Source: an uncultured bacterium (GTDB taxonomy: Bacteria > Myxococcota_A > Bradymonadia > UBA7976 > VGTA01). Taken from it: a stretch of 64,000 bases of DNA. The position numbers were made by a program, and so were the translations under genes. Positions within the stretch are counted from its first letter, which is position 1; each line of letters opens with the position of its first letter. The notes under the pieces were generated by a model, which was not told where the DNA came from, did no database searches, and worked only from the letters and a program-made list of their open reading frames with translations. Positions 36,054-46,553 of the stretch are shown piece after piece. The stretch is taken from the NCBI GenBank assembly GCA_943788935.1, contig CALSSE010000014.1, positions 22,682 through 86,681 of the forward strand. Reading direction: 5' to 3'.

Positions 36054-37904
36054 ATGATAAAGTATATACAGTATTTATTGGTTTCTGTCGCTGCCATTGC
36101 ATGTACAGAGACCCTAAATACTTCAACTTCTGATCTGGATCAGAATGTAGTCCATGAAGATCGCCCTGATAATCAACTCGATCAAGGTCAAACGAGTGAG
36201 CAAGATCAAATATTAAATAACGATGCTGAGACAGAACAAGATCAATCTAGTGAAGAATTAGATGAAGGCATCTTAGAGATGGATCTTGCTCTAGAAGAAG
36301 TAATTAATTCAGATAATGAGCTTCCAACAAGAACCGTTGATGGACTACCGATCATTCACGATTTTACAGGCGCTCCCGAACAAGATGTCAATCAGCTCAT
36401 CCAACGAGCAATTGATGGATTAGGTATGAGTACAGAGCGAGGCCCAGAAAGCAGAGACCGTATCTTTGTAGGTCGATGGTACATGGCATGGCTCGATGAA
36501 ACTGGATTTTATGGAAAAATGAATGCTCTATGGTTACTGAATGGTGACATTAATCAGCTCGACTTTCGTTTGCTAGAAGGTGAACGACCTGTCAATGTTT
36601 TCGCCGTAGGAGAAAGAGGGCAAGGCGTTTGGCCTGGTGGATATATGGGAGCAGAGCATATCGAAGTACCCAACCGTGTACCCGAGGAAGATGATCAAGA
36701 GAGCTGTGGTGAGTTTCCTGGATTCTGCGCTCAATATAGCCATTCAGAAGCGTCAAGATATACGAACTCACGTATTCCCACATGGCAAGCATGTAACGAA
36801 GGATCTCCATCTTGGGATCAGCATTTTGCCCCCTATAGTATCGAGCTCATCAATGGAGGTCTTCGCATCATGTATGAAGGTCCTTTAACTAAGCGAGGTG
36901 ATTTTGGAGGGAGCTCAGATGGTCGAAATTGTCATGAAGACTGGCTGTTTGATGATGGTATTCGCCGCAGAGTCTATTTAAGAGTCGGCTATGAACTCAA
37001 AGCAGAGGATCATAGCTTTGATCGATTAATGCAAGTAAACAACCCTGTAGGTAATCCAACTTTCGAAACCGACTTCAGCTTTATCGGTGGATTTGTGATG
37101 ACCTCTTGGCCAGCTCCATTTTACTTGAAAGAGCTTAATCGATTCATCAGAGTTGATGACCGACAAGTACAAGTTAACTGGCAAGGTGAACAAGTGCTCA
37201 TTGATCCTTTGCAATGGACAGCACTTCCCGAGCAAACCCCCGATCATGATGTCGTTCTTGGACATGCCCAACAAGCAGTCAACTTAAGTCCTTTTCCGTA
37301 TTTTCAAAATGCCAGAACCTATACACTCAGTAACCATGGCATAGATAATGGCGATAGTGGCTTTTGCTTATGCACTGTGCATGGTGGCCTTGAAATGGGT
37401 GGAGGCTTGATATCAATACCAGTCGCAGGTGGAGAGCTTAGCCATGTCGCTCAAAGACGTCTTACAATCAGTGATGAGAGGCCTTTGACACGAACTTGGG
37501 TATATGAAGCAGAAAGCGACTTAAGTCATGGTATTGGACGTATAGACACAGATGGTTGGTCTGCATCCACCCATTTAGATTCACCAGGTTCTCTCGCTTT
37601 CGGTCCTTATACTTCAGACTGGGGAGTCGGACATCGTCGTGCCTATTTTCGAATGTTAATAGATGTGAGTGATGAAAGTGATGAAGCGCTCATTACCATT
37701 GATATCAATGATGCAACTCTCGATGAAATCATGGCGAGTCGTGTGATCACTCGTGCAGATTTTGACCATGCTTTAACGTATCAAGACTTTGATCTCGCAT
37801 TTAATACAGAAGGGCGTGCAGGGCATCTTATGGAAACAAGAGTCACTTGGCATGATAGAAGTTATGTTCGCCTTGATCGAGTCTTAGTTGAAGAGCTCTT
37901 TTGA
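36054..37904 (+). CDS. Hypothetical lipoprotein with acidic linker and C-terminal carbohydrate-binding-like beta-sandwich
   Basis: Lipobox AAIAC; C-terminal YEAE...FGPY...YQDFDLAF...ETRV pattern. Confidence 0.7.
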   Translation: MIKYIQYLLVSVAAIACTETLNTSTSDLDQNVVHEDRPDNQLDQGQTSEQDQILNNDAETEQDQSSEELDEGILEMDLALEEVINSDNELPTRTVDGLPIIHDFTGAPEQDVNQLIQRAIDGLGMSTERGPESRDRIFVGRWYMAWLDETGFYGKMNALWLLNGDINQLDFRLLEGERPVNVFAVGERGQGVWPGGYMGAEHIEVPNRVPEEDDQESCGEFPGFCAQYSHSEASRYTNSRIPTWQACNEGSPSWDQHFAPYSIELINGGLRIMYEGPLTKRGDFGGSSDGRNCHEDWLFDDGIRRRVYLRVGYELKAEDHSFDRLMQVNNPVGNPTFETDFSFIGGFVMTSWPAPFYLKELNRFIRVDDRQVQVNWQGEQVLIDPLQWTALPEQTPDHDVVLGHAQQAVNLSPFPYFQNARTYTLSNHGIDNGDSGFCLCTVHGGLEMGGGLISIPVAGGELSHVAQRRLTISDERPLTRTWVYEAESDLSHGIGRIDTDGWSASTHLDSPGSLAFGPYTSDWGVGHRRAYFRMLIDVSDESDEALITIDINDATLDEIMASRVITRADFDHALTYQDFDLAFNTEGRAGHLMETRVTWHDRSYVRLDRVLVEELF

Positions 37905-38022
37905 TCCATCAAAGAGCATGCCCTTATAAGCTCAAGTCAATCGTTAGTTAAAAATATTTGATGAGACCTTGATGGCATATTGAGGGGGCCTTGATGATCA
38001 CCTTGGTCGCTCGCAACCTTGG

Positions 38023-40899
38023 CTACATATCGTACGACCAGCTGCTCCCGTTATCTTTGATGATGATCGAGTCAACCTCTTGTAGCGAAGGAATGAAGAA
38101 ATTAAATAGCTTATCCTCGCTATGGTCAAGCTCATTCAAAACCAAGGGGATCAACATATCACTTCCGTCAACAAAGTGTATATGCACAAACGGCTCAGTC
38201 TCATTAATGGTGATCTTAGGGGTCCAAGTTAGCTGTTGGCGATGATGTAGCGCAACTTCAGAGTCTCCATTTTCAGTGGAGGCGATAGCGCCGTACATCA
38301 TCATGCCGAGCATCTTTTCTTGGCTTTTCTGTTCGTCACTGTTCCTTAAAGTGTCTTGATAGTGACGATCTAATCGAACCTTAAAATCATGGATACCTGT
38401 GTAGGTATAATCTGAGATCCACACTCGATCGCAATATGTCATCATATCATGATATTCTTCCTTGTGAAGAAGGCGATGTTCAATGTGATCATAGCCGGTT
38501 TTACCGATACGACCATAGATCATCTCTTCGCTGTTATAGGGATAGTCTGAGTCTATATTTATTGGTTGACCACATACATCGGATTCGTCCGCTGCATTAA
38601 TATGCCTCCGTCCATGGTTGTGACCAAGCTCATGCGCCATGACTTGAGCAAATCTTCGAGATGTGATCTGGTCTATTTTACCCATGCCTACAAGTTGATC
38701 AAAGTTGGGCAATACACTGAGCACTGCCAAGCCTTGTAGAGACCGACAACGACCTCCACAATTAACGACACCATAATAGAAAACATCGGCTTCTGAGGGA
38801 TCGATCGACACTTGAGCGTTTTTTTGGCTCGCCAACTCACTCAATACGACCTCCCAACTTCTTTTTTCATCGGATAAGACCGCAGATGAGCTGAAAGACT
38901 CTCCGACGCTAATCTCCACTTCACTCAGTGGGAAGATGGATGTTAAGTGTCTCTCTACTTCATTGATTAACTCTGAACTAATCACCCCTGTATTCTCTCC
39001 GTCCTGAGTGGTAATAGAGAAAAGTTTGATTCGCATTGGAGGCCTCTCTTCAAAGTAGAATGAGAGCTCATCAGTCCAACTTGGGTATCTGTTATTATCC
39101 TCGTCGATCTCGGTAAGTTTGTGATGTGGGTCAAGCTCAATGAAAAAGTTGGTATCTTCTCGTAACCACTTTGGATCATTAATATTAAAGTGAATCACAC
39201 CATTTGCCGAGTCCGCTTCTTCAAAAGGGCTATGTTTTAGAGCGACCTCTTTGATGATTGGCTTGAGCGCTGTTCCATTATGACTTCCACCCAATTTAAC
39301 CTCTACTTTAAGGCTTTTATGAGCGCTATCACTGTTCACGAAGACTCTGAGAACCCCGCTCTTATTAGCGATCACTGGCGTTTCAATGGTTGGGTCAAGT
39401 AAATCGATTTGAACAGATTGATTAAAGGTGACCTTGTCAATGGAGAGATCAAACGGAGTCTTGACCTCGTCTGCTATCGTACTAATGACTTCAGAAAATT
39501 GACCTTTCCCCTGCTGACTCGCCGCTGCAATAGAGAAGAAATACTCTTGTTGACCAGCTAATTCTTCAATCGTTGTCGAGACTACTCCCGGGCTAACTCC
39601 ACGGATTCTCTGATCTAAGTTTTCTTCATCAACACCGTACTTGATTATATATGAACTCGCCATTTCGACTGGACACCATTCTAAGATCGGACCGTCTATA
39701 CCAGATCTAGATGTTACGGGCTGTGGTACTTTAGAAAACGTCTCTCTACCTAATACAAAATGAACCGGGTCAAAGTGATTGAGGACCTCATCTCCTTGGT
39801 AAGCGATCATGGATAGTTCTACACCCACTCCTTCTCCAAATTGGGGTGAGGAGAGACTTGAGTACCCTTGAGTTGGATGGGTATATACTTCATAACCTGC
39901 CTGTAAAAGCACCTGTTCAAAGGCGATCATGGGTTCAACCTCAGCGGATTGATCTACGACAAAGTCTTCTCCCCCGTTCAGTGAAAAGGTCACTTCATAG
40001 CTTGTTGCTTCAATGATCGGACTCCACTGAAAGATGGTCGCCATTGAGTGTTCATCTTGATAGGTCAACCAAGACGGGAGCGGCTCACCTTTAGAATCAA
40101 AGCTGAGCTGAGCTCCTGAGCACAGCGGAATCGTCACTGAGGGATCCATAATAAAGATCGTGACCTCACTACTCATCCCCTCTCCTACATCGTTGGTGGC
40201 GGTCACAGTCAAAGTATAACGACTCTGTTTTTGATAATTAAAGCTAGACTTTGCGCTGATCTCACCGAGCTGATTAATGTCAAAGTGACGATTATCGCTC
40301 AGCGTAAAAAACTGTATCGGGCTCGTACTCGTGCTCATGTTCGTGCGAAGGACAGGTACCTTACCGATCACAACATTGGGTGCAATGCCTTCTGAAATAT
40401 AGGTCTCGAAGGAATCGAGTACGGGCGTCCCCTCAAACCTAGTATGATCAGTCTCCTTCATCTTTTTGATGCTGATCGATACATCAGTACTCTCGCTGTT
40501 ACCAAATTTATTGGTCGCAAAGACTGACAGGGAATAGCTGTGCTGAGTCTCATAATCAAAGGTAAGTTTGGTCTTAATCTCTCCTGAGTCATCAATCTCA
40601 AAATGAACTGTTTCACTGAGAGTAAAAGCAGAAATCGGAGTCTCTCCTTCATGTAAATATTCGATTGAGCCGATGCGGGTACCAATGGAGATGTCTTCAT
40701 CAAGCGTAGCCGTAAAAGGCAATAAACTTGGAACAAGGGCTTCTGAGCTGGTCACCTTCTCTTGACAAGCACTTGAAAGAAGAGAGATCACCATCATCAT
40801 GATCTTTATGACGAGTATAGAGCGTCTCCGTTGATTAACCAAAACTCTCCTGTGCCTTAATAAATTAGCAGTAATAAGAGGTGTAAAAATGGTGTTCAT
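38023..40899 (-). CDS. Lipoprotein zinc metalloprotease (metzincin, M66/M12-like) with two cadherin repeats and FN3 domains
   Basis: Lipobox LSSAC; FDYETQHSYSLSVFAT and FNYQKQSRYTLTVTAT (cadherin); HELGHNHGRRH (HExxHxxGxxH); DMMTYC Met-turn; WISDYTY. Confidence 0.88.
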   Translation of the reverse strand: MNTIFTPLITANLLRHRRVLVNQRRRSILVIKIMMMVISLLSSACQEKVTSSEALVPSLLPFTATLDEDISIGTRIGSIEYLHEGETPISAFTLSETVHFEIDDSGEIKTKLTFDYETQHSYSLSVFATNKFGNSESTDVSISIKKMKETDHTRFEGTPVLDSFETYISEGIAPNVVIGKVPVLRTNMSTSTSPIQFFTLSDNRHFDINQLGEISAKSSFNYQKQSRYTLTVTATNDVGEGMSSEVTIFIMDPSVTIPLCSGAQLSFDSKGEPLPSWLTYQDEHSMATIFQWSPIIEATSYEVTFSLNGGEDFVVDQSAEVEPMIAFEQVLLQAGYEVYTHPTQGYSSLSSPQFGEGVGVELSMIAYQGDEVLNHFDPVHFVLGRETFSKVPQPVTSRSGIDGPILEWCPVEMASSYIIKYGVDEENLDQRIRGVSPGVVSTTIEELAGQQEYFFSIAAASQQGKGQFSEVISTIADEVKTPFDLSIDKVTFNQSVQIDLLDPTIETPVIANKSGVLRVFVNSDSAHKSLKVEVKLGGSHNGTALKPIIKEVALKHSPFEEADSANGVIHFNINDPKWLREDTNFFIELDPHHKLTEIDEDNNRYPSWTDELSFYFEERPPMRIKLFSITTQDGENTGVISSELINEVERHLTSIFPLSEVEISVGESFSSSAVLSDEKRSWEVVLSELASQKNAQVSIDPSEADVFYYGVVNCGGRCRSLQGLAVLSVLPNFDQLVGMGKIDQITSRRFAQVMAHELGHNHGRRHINAADESDVCGQPINIDSDYPYNSEEMIYGRIGKTGYDHIEHRLLHKEEYHDMMTYCDRVWISDYTYTGIHDFKVRLDRHYQDTLRNSDEQKSQEKMLGMMMYGAIASTENGDSEVALHHRQQLTWTPKITINETEPFVHIHFVDGSDMLIPLVLNELDHSEDKLFNFFIPSLQEVDSIIIKDNGSSWSYDM

Positions 40900-40953
40900 T
40901 CTGTACTCCGATACTTGACATCATGGATAAACCATTTGATTGAACCATTAACT

Positions 40954-40970
40954 AGCACAAGGTATTCCAA
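40954..40970 (-). promoter_or_regulatory. Possible sigma54 promoter
   Basis: Minus strand TTGGAATACCTTGTGCT with GG-N10-GC spacing, about 55 bp upstream of ATG 40899. Confidence 0.45.
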
Positions 40971-41094
40971 CTTCTCAAACAGTGAGACAAAGCCATATGA
41001 AAACAATGCTTTATGATGGACGGACGATCTCCAACTTAACCTAAAATATCCTTTAGGCTCTTAATCTGTTGCTTTGATGTCACAATCTAGTTCA

Positions 41095-41170
41095 GTCGGC
41101 AGGGAGGAAGCGAGACTTTGATCCACACCTCTTACAGAAGCGTACGTGATACTCTCATTTCATATGACTC
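41095..41170 (-). mobile_element. Degenerate group II intron 3' end (domain V and VI relic)
   Basis: Minus strand GAGTCATATGAAATGAGAGTATCACGTACGCTTC is 34 nt, matching DV GAGCCGTATG..GNRA..CACGTACGGTTC, and is followed by a DVI-like TGTAAGAGG...CCTCCCTGCCGAC. Confidence 0.55.
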
Positions 41171-41879
41171 TTATGTTCTGCCTGGATCCTCTCATGAGCT
41201 AAAGTATCTTCTTATTACTACTCAACGTGGTTCTGCCAGAAATGAGCTTTATGCGTTAAAACTGACTAAGCATATAACGCTCCTTCATAGGTTATAGGTT
41301 TTTTTAGGAGCTTAGTCGTACAGAGCCTCTTAGATCTAGAGTCTTATTTAAGTAGCTTATCTCCTGTTGATTTAATGAGACCTTATCTCTTCATTTTTTC
41401 GTATTTATAATAACTTCTAAGCTCATCATGAGCTCAGCAAAACCTAGAGGTTGATTCAAGAGACTTAATCCCTTTTCTAGGGCCGTATCTCTACTTAATT
41501 CCGCTATATTATTGTTCGATGAGGTTAAATATCAAACTGAACCGGGTGAGTATTACAATCGTTCCTCTCTAGTAAATATTGATCTGGCCACTCTCTTTGA
41601 ACTTATCATTTGCGGCTTCATATACACGACTTTGATCATACGTTTTGTCAGTTGTAATAGACTAAGTTGTAGAGAAGCTGAGTCAAAGAGGGATTGTTTG
41701 ATCCCTCTTATCTTTTGCTACCGAGAATACTCGCGACCTCGATCACGAGGACTCATCATCTTTTTTTATCAATGATATTATATCATCTTATCTCTGTTCT
41801 TATTTTTATATACCTTCATCTTAAGTCGAGCATATTATCAATCATTTCAACCACACTGATTCGAAGAAACGAGGTGATT

Positions 41880-43805
41880 ATGCGACCATTCATTGATCTA
41901 TGGATGATCATTGCCTGCTTCACACTCGGCCCCATGCTTACCCATCCTTCATATGCTCAAGAGTTGATCGTCGGCCCTTATCTTCAGCGAGCGACTACCA
42001 CAGAGATCTGGATTCACTGGGAGCTTGATCGAGCTCAAGAGGGCATAGTCCGATGGGGTAACGGCGCTGTGCTTAATCAAGATTCAATCGCAGAGCTTCA
42101 ACCCAATGATGAAGACCACTGGCTTTACTCTGTTCATCTCACAGGTCTGAACCCAAGTACGACGTATCAGTATCAGCTTGTCCAAGGCCAGCTTACAAGT
42201 GAGGTTTTCCACTTTAAGACACCCGCATCACCAGAGGCCGATGCCCCCCTAAGACTTGTTGCGATGAGTGATATGCAGATCGATCGAGATCGGCCAGAAC
42301 AGTTCCGATCGGTCGTCGAAGACGGAGTTATTGACTATATCACACAGAAGTACAGCGCTGACCTTGCACAAGAGATTTCGCTTCTGCTCATTCCCGGTGA
42401 CCTCGTCAAAGATGGGTTAAGCTACACACAATGGATCGATGATTTCTTTTCTCCGACTCGCGCTCTTTTACCTTACGTTCCCATCTACCCTGTTCCCGGC
42501 AATCATGAGAACAACAGCCCCTATTTCTTTCAATACTTTAATCTTCCGCTCAACGGTACATCAAGATTTGAAGAGCATTGGTACTTCTTCGATCAAGGGA
42601 ATGTAAGAGTGATCGGACTTGACTCAAACGGTATTTATCGCAGTCAAGTCCAACTCGATTGGCTCACATCGGTACTCGACTCGACTTGCACGCGTCCCGA
42701 GATCGACTTTGTCTTTGCTCAGCTTCATCACCCACATCACTCGGAGCTCTGGCCCGAAGGGAATACAAGATTTACAGGAGCTGTGATCGAAATACTTGAG
42801 TCGTTCTCTACGCGCTGCGGTAAACCGAGTGTGCACTTCTATGGGCATACTCATGGCTACTCACGCGGTCATGCTCAAGATCACCGTCATGTCATGGTGA
42901 ACGTCGCATCAGCGGGTGGAAACTTAGATGAGTGGGGTGAGTATGATCAAACCGATTATCCTGAGTATGTCGTGAGTCAGGATGAATATGGATTCGTCGT
43001 TGTCGATGTTGAGGCGGGTGATAACCCAGCCTTTGAAATTCAGCGATTGAGTATGGGCACTGCGAGCGAGCCACTTAACCACGAGCTTCGGGATCGGCTC
43101 CGGATCCGTCGATTTAACCAATCTCCTAATCAGCCTCGAGCGCTTGGTGAGCTCGGTCAGTCTGTAAATGCTCGTTGTTTCACGCTCGCGTTGTCTCCTT
43201 TTGAAGACCCCGATGACGATCCTCATGGCGCAACTCAATGGCAAGTTTTTACGAGATGTGAAGACTTGAGTGATCCAGTCATTGATCAGTGGCGACAACG
43301 CGAAAATTGGTATCAAGGTGTCAATCTCCAGTTAAGTGATGACCTGACCGATGAAGTCATCGAAGACCTCATTCCCGACCAAGCATATTGTTGGCGCGCT
43401 CGTTATCGTGATGAGGGTTTGAGCTGGTCAGAATGGTCTACTCCACAGGCATTTAAAACAAGATCACAAGGAGAGGACTCTGACGAGATTATTTGCGACC
43501 CTCCCCCGGTACCACAAATGGAGATAGAGATGATGGAACCCACGAGTGAGGATGACGCTGCAGTGATCGCACCATCAAGCGAAGACGCTGAGGTGATAAA
43601 TGAACCAGACCAAGGTCTAAGCGATTTGGAAGAGCCGAATGCGGACCACGTTTCAGAACAAAACTTGAGGGAAGGAGGTTGCATGACACAAGCTCAAGCT
43701 CATCCTTCAGCTGCACTCTTCTTAGCCATTTTATGCCTTCTAAGAGTCTTTCTACGGTCCTGTAGCTTAAATAAGGATTTTGCAGTGCATAGATTTATTG
43801 AATGA
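41880..43805 (+). CDS. Secreted purple-acid-phosphatase-type metallophosphoesterase with FN3 domains and MYXO-CTERM-like tail
   Basis: GAGGTG RBS before ATG 41880; signal ending SYA; GPYLQ, MSDMQ, GDLV, GNHE, HHP, GHTHGY; tail GGC...AALFLAILCLLRVFLR. Confidence 0.9.
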   Translation: MRPFIDLWMIIACFTLGPMLTHPSYAQELIVGPYLQRATTTEIWIHWELDRAQEGIVRWGNGAVLNQDSIAELQPNDEDHWLYSVHLTGLNPSTTYQYQLVQGQLTSEVFHFKTPASPEADAPLRLVAMSDMQIDRDRPEQFRSVVEDGVIDYITQKYSADLAQEISLLLIPGDLVKDGLSYTQWIDDFFSPTRALLPYVPIYPVPGNHENNSPYFFQYFNLPLNGTSRFEEHWYFFDQGNVRVIGLDSNGIYRSQVQLDWLTSVLDSTCTRPEIDFVFAQLHHPHHSELWPEGNTRFTGAVIEILESFSTRCGKPSVHFYGHTHGYSRGHAQDHRHVMVNVASAGGNLDEWGEYDQTDYPEYVVSQDEYGFVVVDVEAGDNPAFEIQRLSMGTASEPLNHELRDRLRIRRFNQSPNQPRALGELGQSVNARCFTLALSPFEDPDDDPHGATQWQVFTRCEDLSDPVIDQWRQRENWYQGVNLQLSDDLTDEVIEDLIPDQAYCWRARYRDEGLSWSEWSTPQAFKTRSQGEDSDEIICDPPPVPQMEIEMMEPTSEDDAAVIAPSSEDAEVINEPDQGLSDLEEPNADHVSEQNLREGGCMTQAQAHPSAALFLAILCLLRVFLRSCSLNKDFAVHRFIE

Positions 43806-43910
43806 AATTAGATAAGAACTGAGACGTAAAGATATGCCTCAGCCTCATCAAAGCTCAGTTGAGTCAGACTTTTACATCAATTAAATAACTTAGGTTAGCT
43901 CATTATGCTT

Positions 43911-44786
43911 TCAGGTCTCTAGATTTTTAATCGCTTCTCTTGCTCTTGCTCGCACTTCCAAATGTGGATCACTGAGGTGTTTTTTTAGTAGGGGTAACGC
44001 GTTTAAATCACCACGTTGTCCGAGTGCTACGACCGCGTTAACTCTTACACAAGGGTTATGATCGCTGAGCGCATTAGCGAGACACCCATAGGCTTTTGGA
44101 GCTGGGTCGTGAGTTAATATGCGTAATGCGACAGATCGAGCCTCTGCATCTTCGTCATTGTAGGCACATTCTAGAAGCACCTGTAATATTGGTCTTATCG
44201 GGGGTGGGTGGGGTGATGTTTTAGAAGACTGATCGACTAAATACATCAAACTTCGAATCGCGTGCCTCCTCACCGAGGCCGAATCATCCTTCGTCGCGTC
44301 GAGTAAAGAGGAGACGTAGGTTTGAGCATCAATACGTCCCAGAGCCTTTGCTGCTTCACCTCTGACTTCAGGATCGATATCATTTGATAGCGCAAATAAG
44401 CATAGGTGTGCTGCAGTTTTAGAACGATGCCAACCTAGCGTCCTCAAAATCGCGGCGCGTACTTCACCCTCTGACTCCATGGCAAAACGCTCAATCAGAT
44501 CAAAGTCTCCATACGCAACCCAGCTGAGCGAGAGGCTCGCGGTCACCCAACGACGAACATCTGGCTCGGGGTCATTAAGGGAAAGTAGAAGAGCAGGCGC
44601 GCATTGTGCGTCACGTAACCACCCCAAAGCTCTCGCCGCGATCACGCGCTGTGAGAGATCTCCACACTTTAAAGCATGTTCAAAAGTTGTACGATGCTCA
44701 AGGTTCCTTGTCACACCCATGGTTAACAGTGTTTCCGAAGGTGGTATCGTGTTTGTAGATAAAGACATATTACCGTGGTGAATCAA
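43911..44786 (-). CDS. HEAT/PBS-lyase repeat protein
   Basis: Repeated D-x-x-x-x-VR-x-x-A-x-x-ALG motifs. Confidence 0.85.
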   Translation of the reverse strand: MIHHGNMSLSTNTIPPSETLLTMGVTRNLEHRTTFEHALKCGDLSQRVIAARALGWLRDAQCAPALLLSLNDPEPDVRRWVTASLSLSWVAYGDFDLIERFAMESEGEVRAAILRTLGWHRSKTAAHLCLFALSNDIDPEVRGEAAKALGRIDAQTYVSSLLDATKDDSASVRRHAIRSLMYLVDQSSKTSPHPPPIRPILQVLLECAYNDEDAEARSVALRILTHDPAPKAYGCLANALSDHNPCVRVNAVVALGQRGDLNALPLLKKHLSDPHLEVRARAREAIKNLET

Positions 44787-44794
44787 GGGATAAG

Positions 44795-45174
44795 CTAGGC
44801 TATCTCAAAGTGATCTTGAACATTTAGCCAAACATTAATTAGCCGGAATTTGGACTTTAAAAAGCTCTCAGTTTGTCTAGGTGATCGTTTAAACAGGAGC
44901 CTTAAAGTAAGCGCTGTTTTAATAGATAGATCGCAGTATAATTCAGGTCTACCCATTCTCTGATTTAGGTCACTATTCCAAGATTGAATGACATTTTCAG
45001 AAAGCCACAGAGTGAAATCACCACGATTAATTAAAGACTGCTCATATGAACACCAAGTATGAACTTTATATCTCTTTTGGTATTTTGGATACCTATACCG
45101 TTGATGTAGCTGAGTCATGTATTTACTCCTCAGACTTTATCTTACACCAATCGGTAGACTTATGCACCAACGCC
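44795..45174 (-). mobile_element. Truncated IS5-family (IS903 group) element: left end plus N-terminal transposase fragment
   Basis: YKVHTWCSYEQSLINRGDFTLWLS...GRPELYCDLSIKTALTLRLLF...RQTESFL. End GGCGTTGGTGCATAAGTC resembles the IS903 IR GGCTTTGTTGAATAAATC. No DDE core remains. Confidence 0.88.
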
Positions 45175-45213
45175 GAGGTTTTGTTGATCTCCTCTTGAAG
45201 CGTCTCTTAAACT

Positions 45214-46395
45214 TCAGGGTCTCAAGGCCTCAGGGGGCTCTGCTTGCCCATGATTGTTCTGTCCCCAGCAGATCACTTTATTCGCGAGGGTCACCCCACA
45301 ACTGTGATCGAGCCCGAGTGCGAGACTCGAGAAGCGCGCATCTGCGGGGACGGTGACCTGCTGACGATCATCTCGGCCCCAACATGTCGCGCGGCCATCC
45401 TCGCTGAGCGCACACGCGTGCTCAGCGCCTGTGAAGATCGACACAAACGGGCCTGCAGGGGGTCGGGTCTCTCCATATTGCTCAGCACCCCAGCAGGTGA
45501 CCTCTCCGACCGCGTCTAGAGCGCAACTAAACAAGCCTCCAGAGCTCACTTGAGTCGCCTCCTCTACGGTCGGTGTCGCTTGGCCCTCAGAATTCATACC
45601 CCAGCAGAGAACCGCGCCCGCTTCTGTGATGCCGCAGGTGTGATACCAGCCCACGCTGATCGAACGATAAGTCTCCTCGGGAGGCCTTAGTCGGCCGCTG
45701 TCATTAAGGCCCCAGCAGGTGACCATACCATCTGAGATAAGGCCACATGAGTGGTAATATCCAGCGCTGATCTCACTCAACATATCCACATTGGCAAAGA
45801 GTTGCTCAAACTCATCATCTCCCCAGCAAGTAGGCTGACCGCTAGAGCGAACGGCGCAGGTGTGCCATTGACCGGCGCTCACGCGCTTAAACACGCCATC
45901 AGGGCTCATGATTTGGCCATAGTTATCACGCCCCCAACAGCGTAGTATCTCCGCCTCATCAATAGCGCAAGTGTGATAACGCCCAGCGCTGATCTGCACT
46001 GAAGAAGCCTCTGCGCCTGCCCCTGCGCCTGCCCCTGCGCCTGCCTCTGCGCCTGCCTCTGCGCCTGCCTCTGCGCCTGCCTCTGCGCCTGCCTCTGCGC
46101 CTGCCTCTGCGCCTGCCTCTGCGCCTGCCTCTGCGCCTGCCTCTGCGCCTGCCTCCATGATACATTCGAATACATCACCCTCGACCTGCGCGCAGATAAA
46201 TCCCTCAGCGCACCTCGCCATCTCATTGCGACAATCGAGTGTAGGAGGCTGAGGAGCAGGGTCATCATCGCAAGCGACGAAGATGAGAGTCGAGATGAGC
46301 ATCACAGCCGAGAGGGCTTGAGATCGTGATAAGTGATACCTCGGAGTGTTATAAAGGTTAACAATAGAATGGGTCGTATTCATAAAGATGCTCAC
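45214..46395 (-). CDS. RCC1-repeat lipoprotein with (AGAE)n linker
   Basis: Lipobox IFVAC; about seven ISAGxxHTCA...CWGxNxxGQ repeats. Confidence 0.9.
   Translation of the reverse strand: MSIFMNTTHSIVNLYNTPRYHLSRSQALSAVMLISTLIFVACDDDPAPQPPTLDCRNEMARCAEGFICAQVEGDVFECIMEAGAEAGAEAGAEAGAEAGAEAGAEAGAEAGAEAGAEAGAGAGAGAGAEASSVQISAGRYHTCAIDEAEILRCWGRDNYGQIMSPDGVFKRVSAGQWHTCAVRSSGQPTCWGDDEFEQLFANVDMLSEISAGYYHSCGLISDGMVTCWGLNDSGRLRPPEETYRSISVGWYHTCGITEAGAVLCWGMNSEGQATPTVEEATQVSSGGLFSCALDAVGEVTCWGAEQYGETRPPAGPFVSIFTGAEHACALSEDGRATCWGRDDRQQVTVPADARFSSLALGLDHSCGVTLANKVICWGQNNHGQAEPPEALRP
46007..46155 (-). repeat. Coding 12-bp VNTR (AGAE), about 12 units
   Basis: GCCTCTGCGCCT tandem on the plus strand. 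Confidence 0.95.
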
Positions 46396-46511
46396 ATGTG
46401 TTGACTACAAGCGCTTACTCAAAGCTCAAAAGATTGAGAGAGCGTAGACATAAAAGGAGAAACTTGACAACCGCAGCGCGCTCAGGAACCACTTAAAGTG
46501 TCACAATGAGG

Positions 46512-46552
46512 GGCTTTCGTGCATAAGTCTACCGATTGGTGTAAGATAAAGT
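46512..46552 (+). mobile_element. Second, isolated IS903-like left end, inverted relative to the end at 45134-45174
   Basis: 46519-46552 is the exact reverse complement of 45134-45167 (34 bp). Confidence 0.85.
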
Positions 46553-46553
46553 T

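Noticed and set aside
41512-41879. ORF 41512-41775 and the long N-terminal extension of the phosphatase from 41694
   Set aside because: This is low-complexity AT-rich sequence. The RBS and signal peptide point to ATG 41880.
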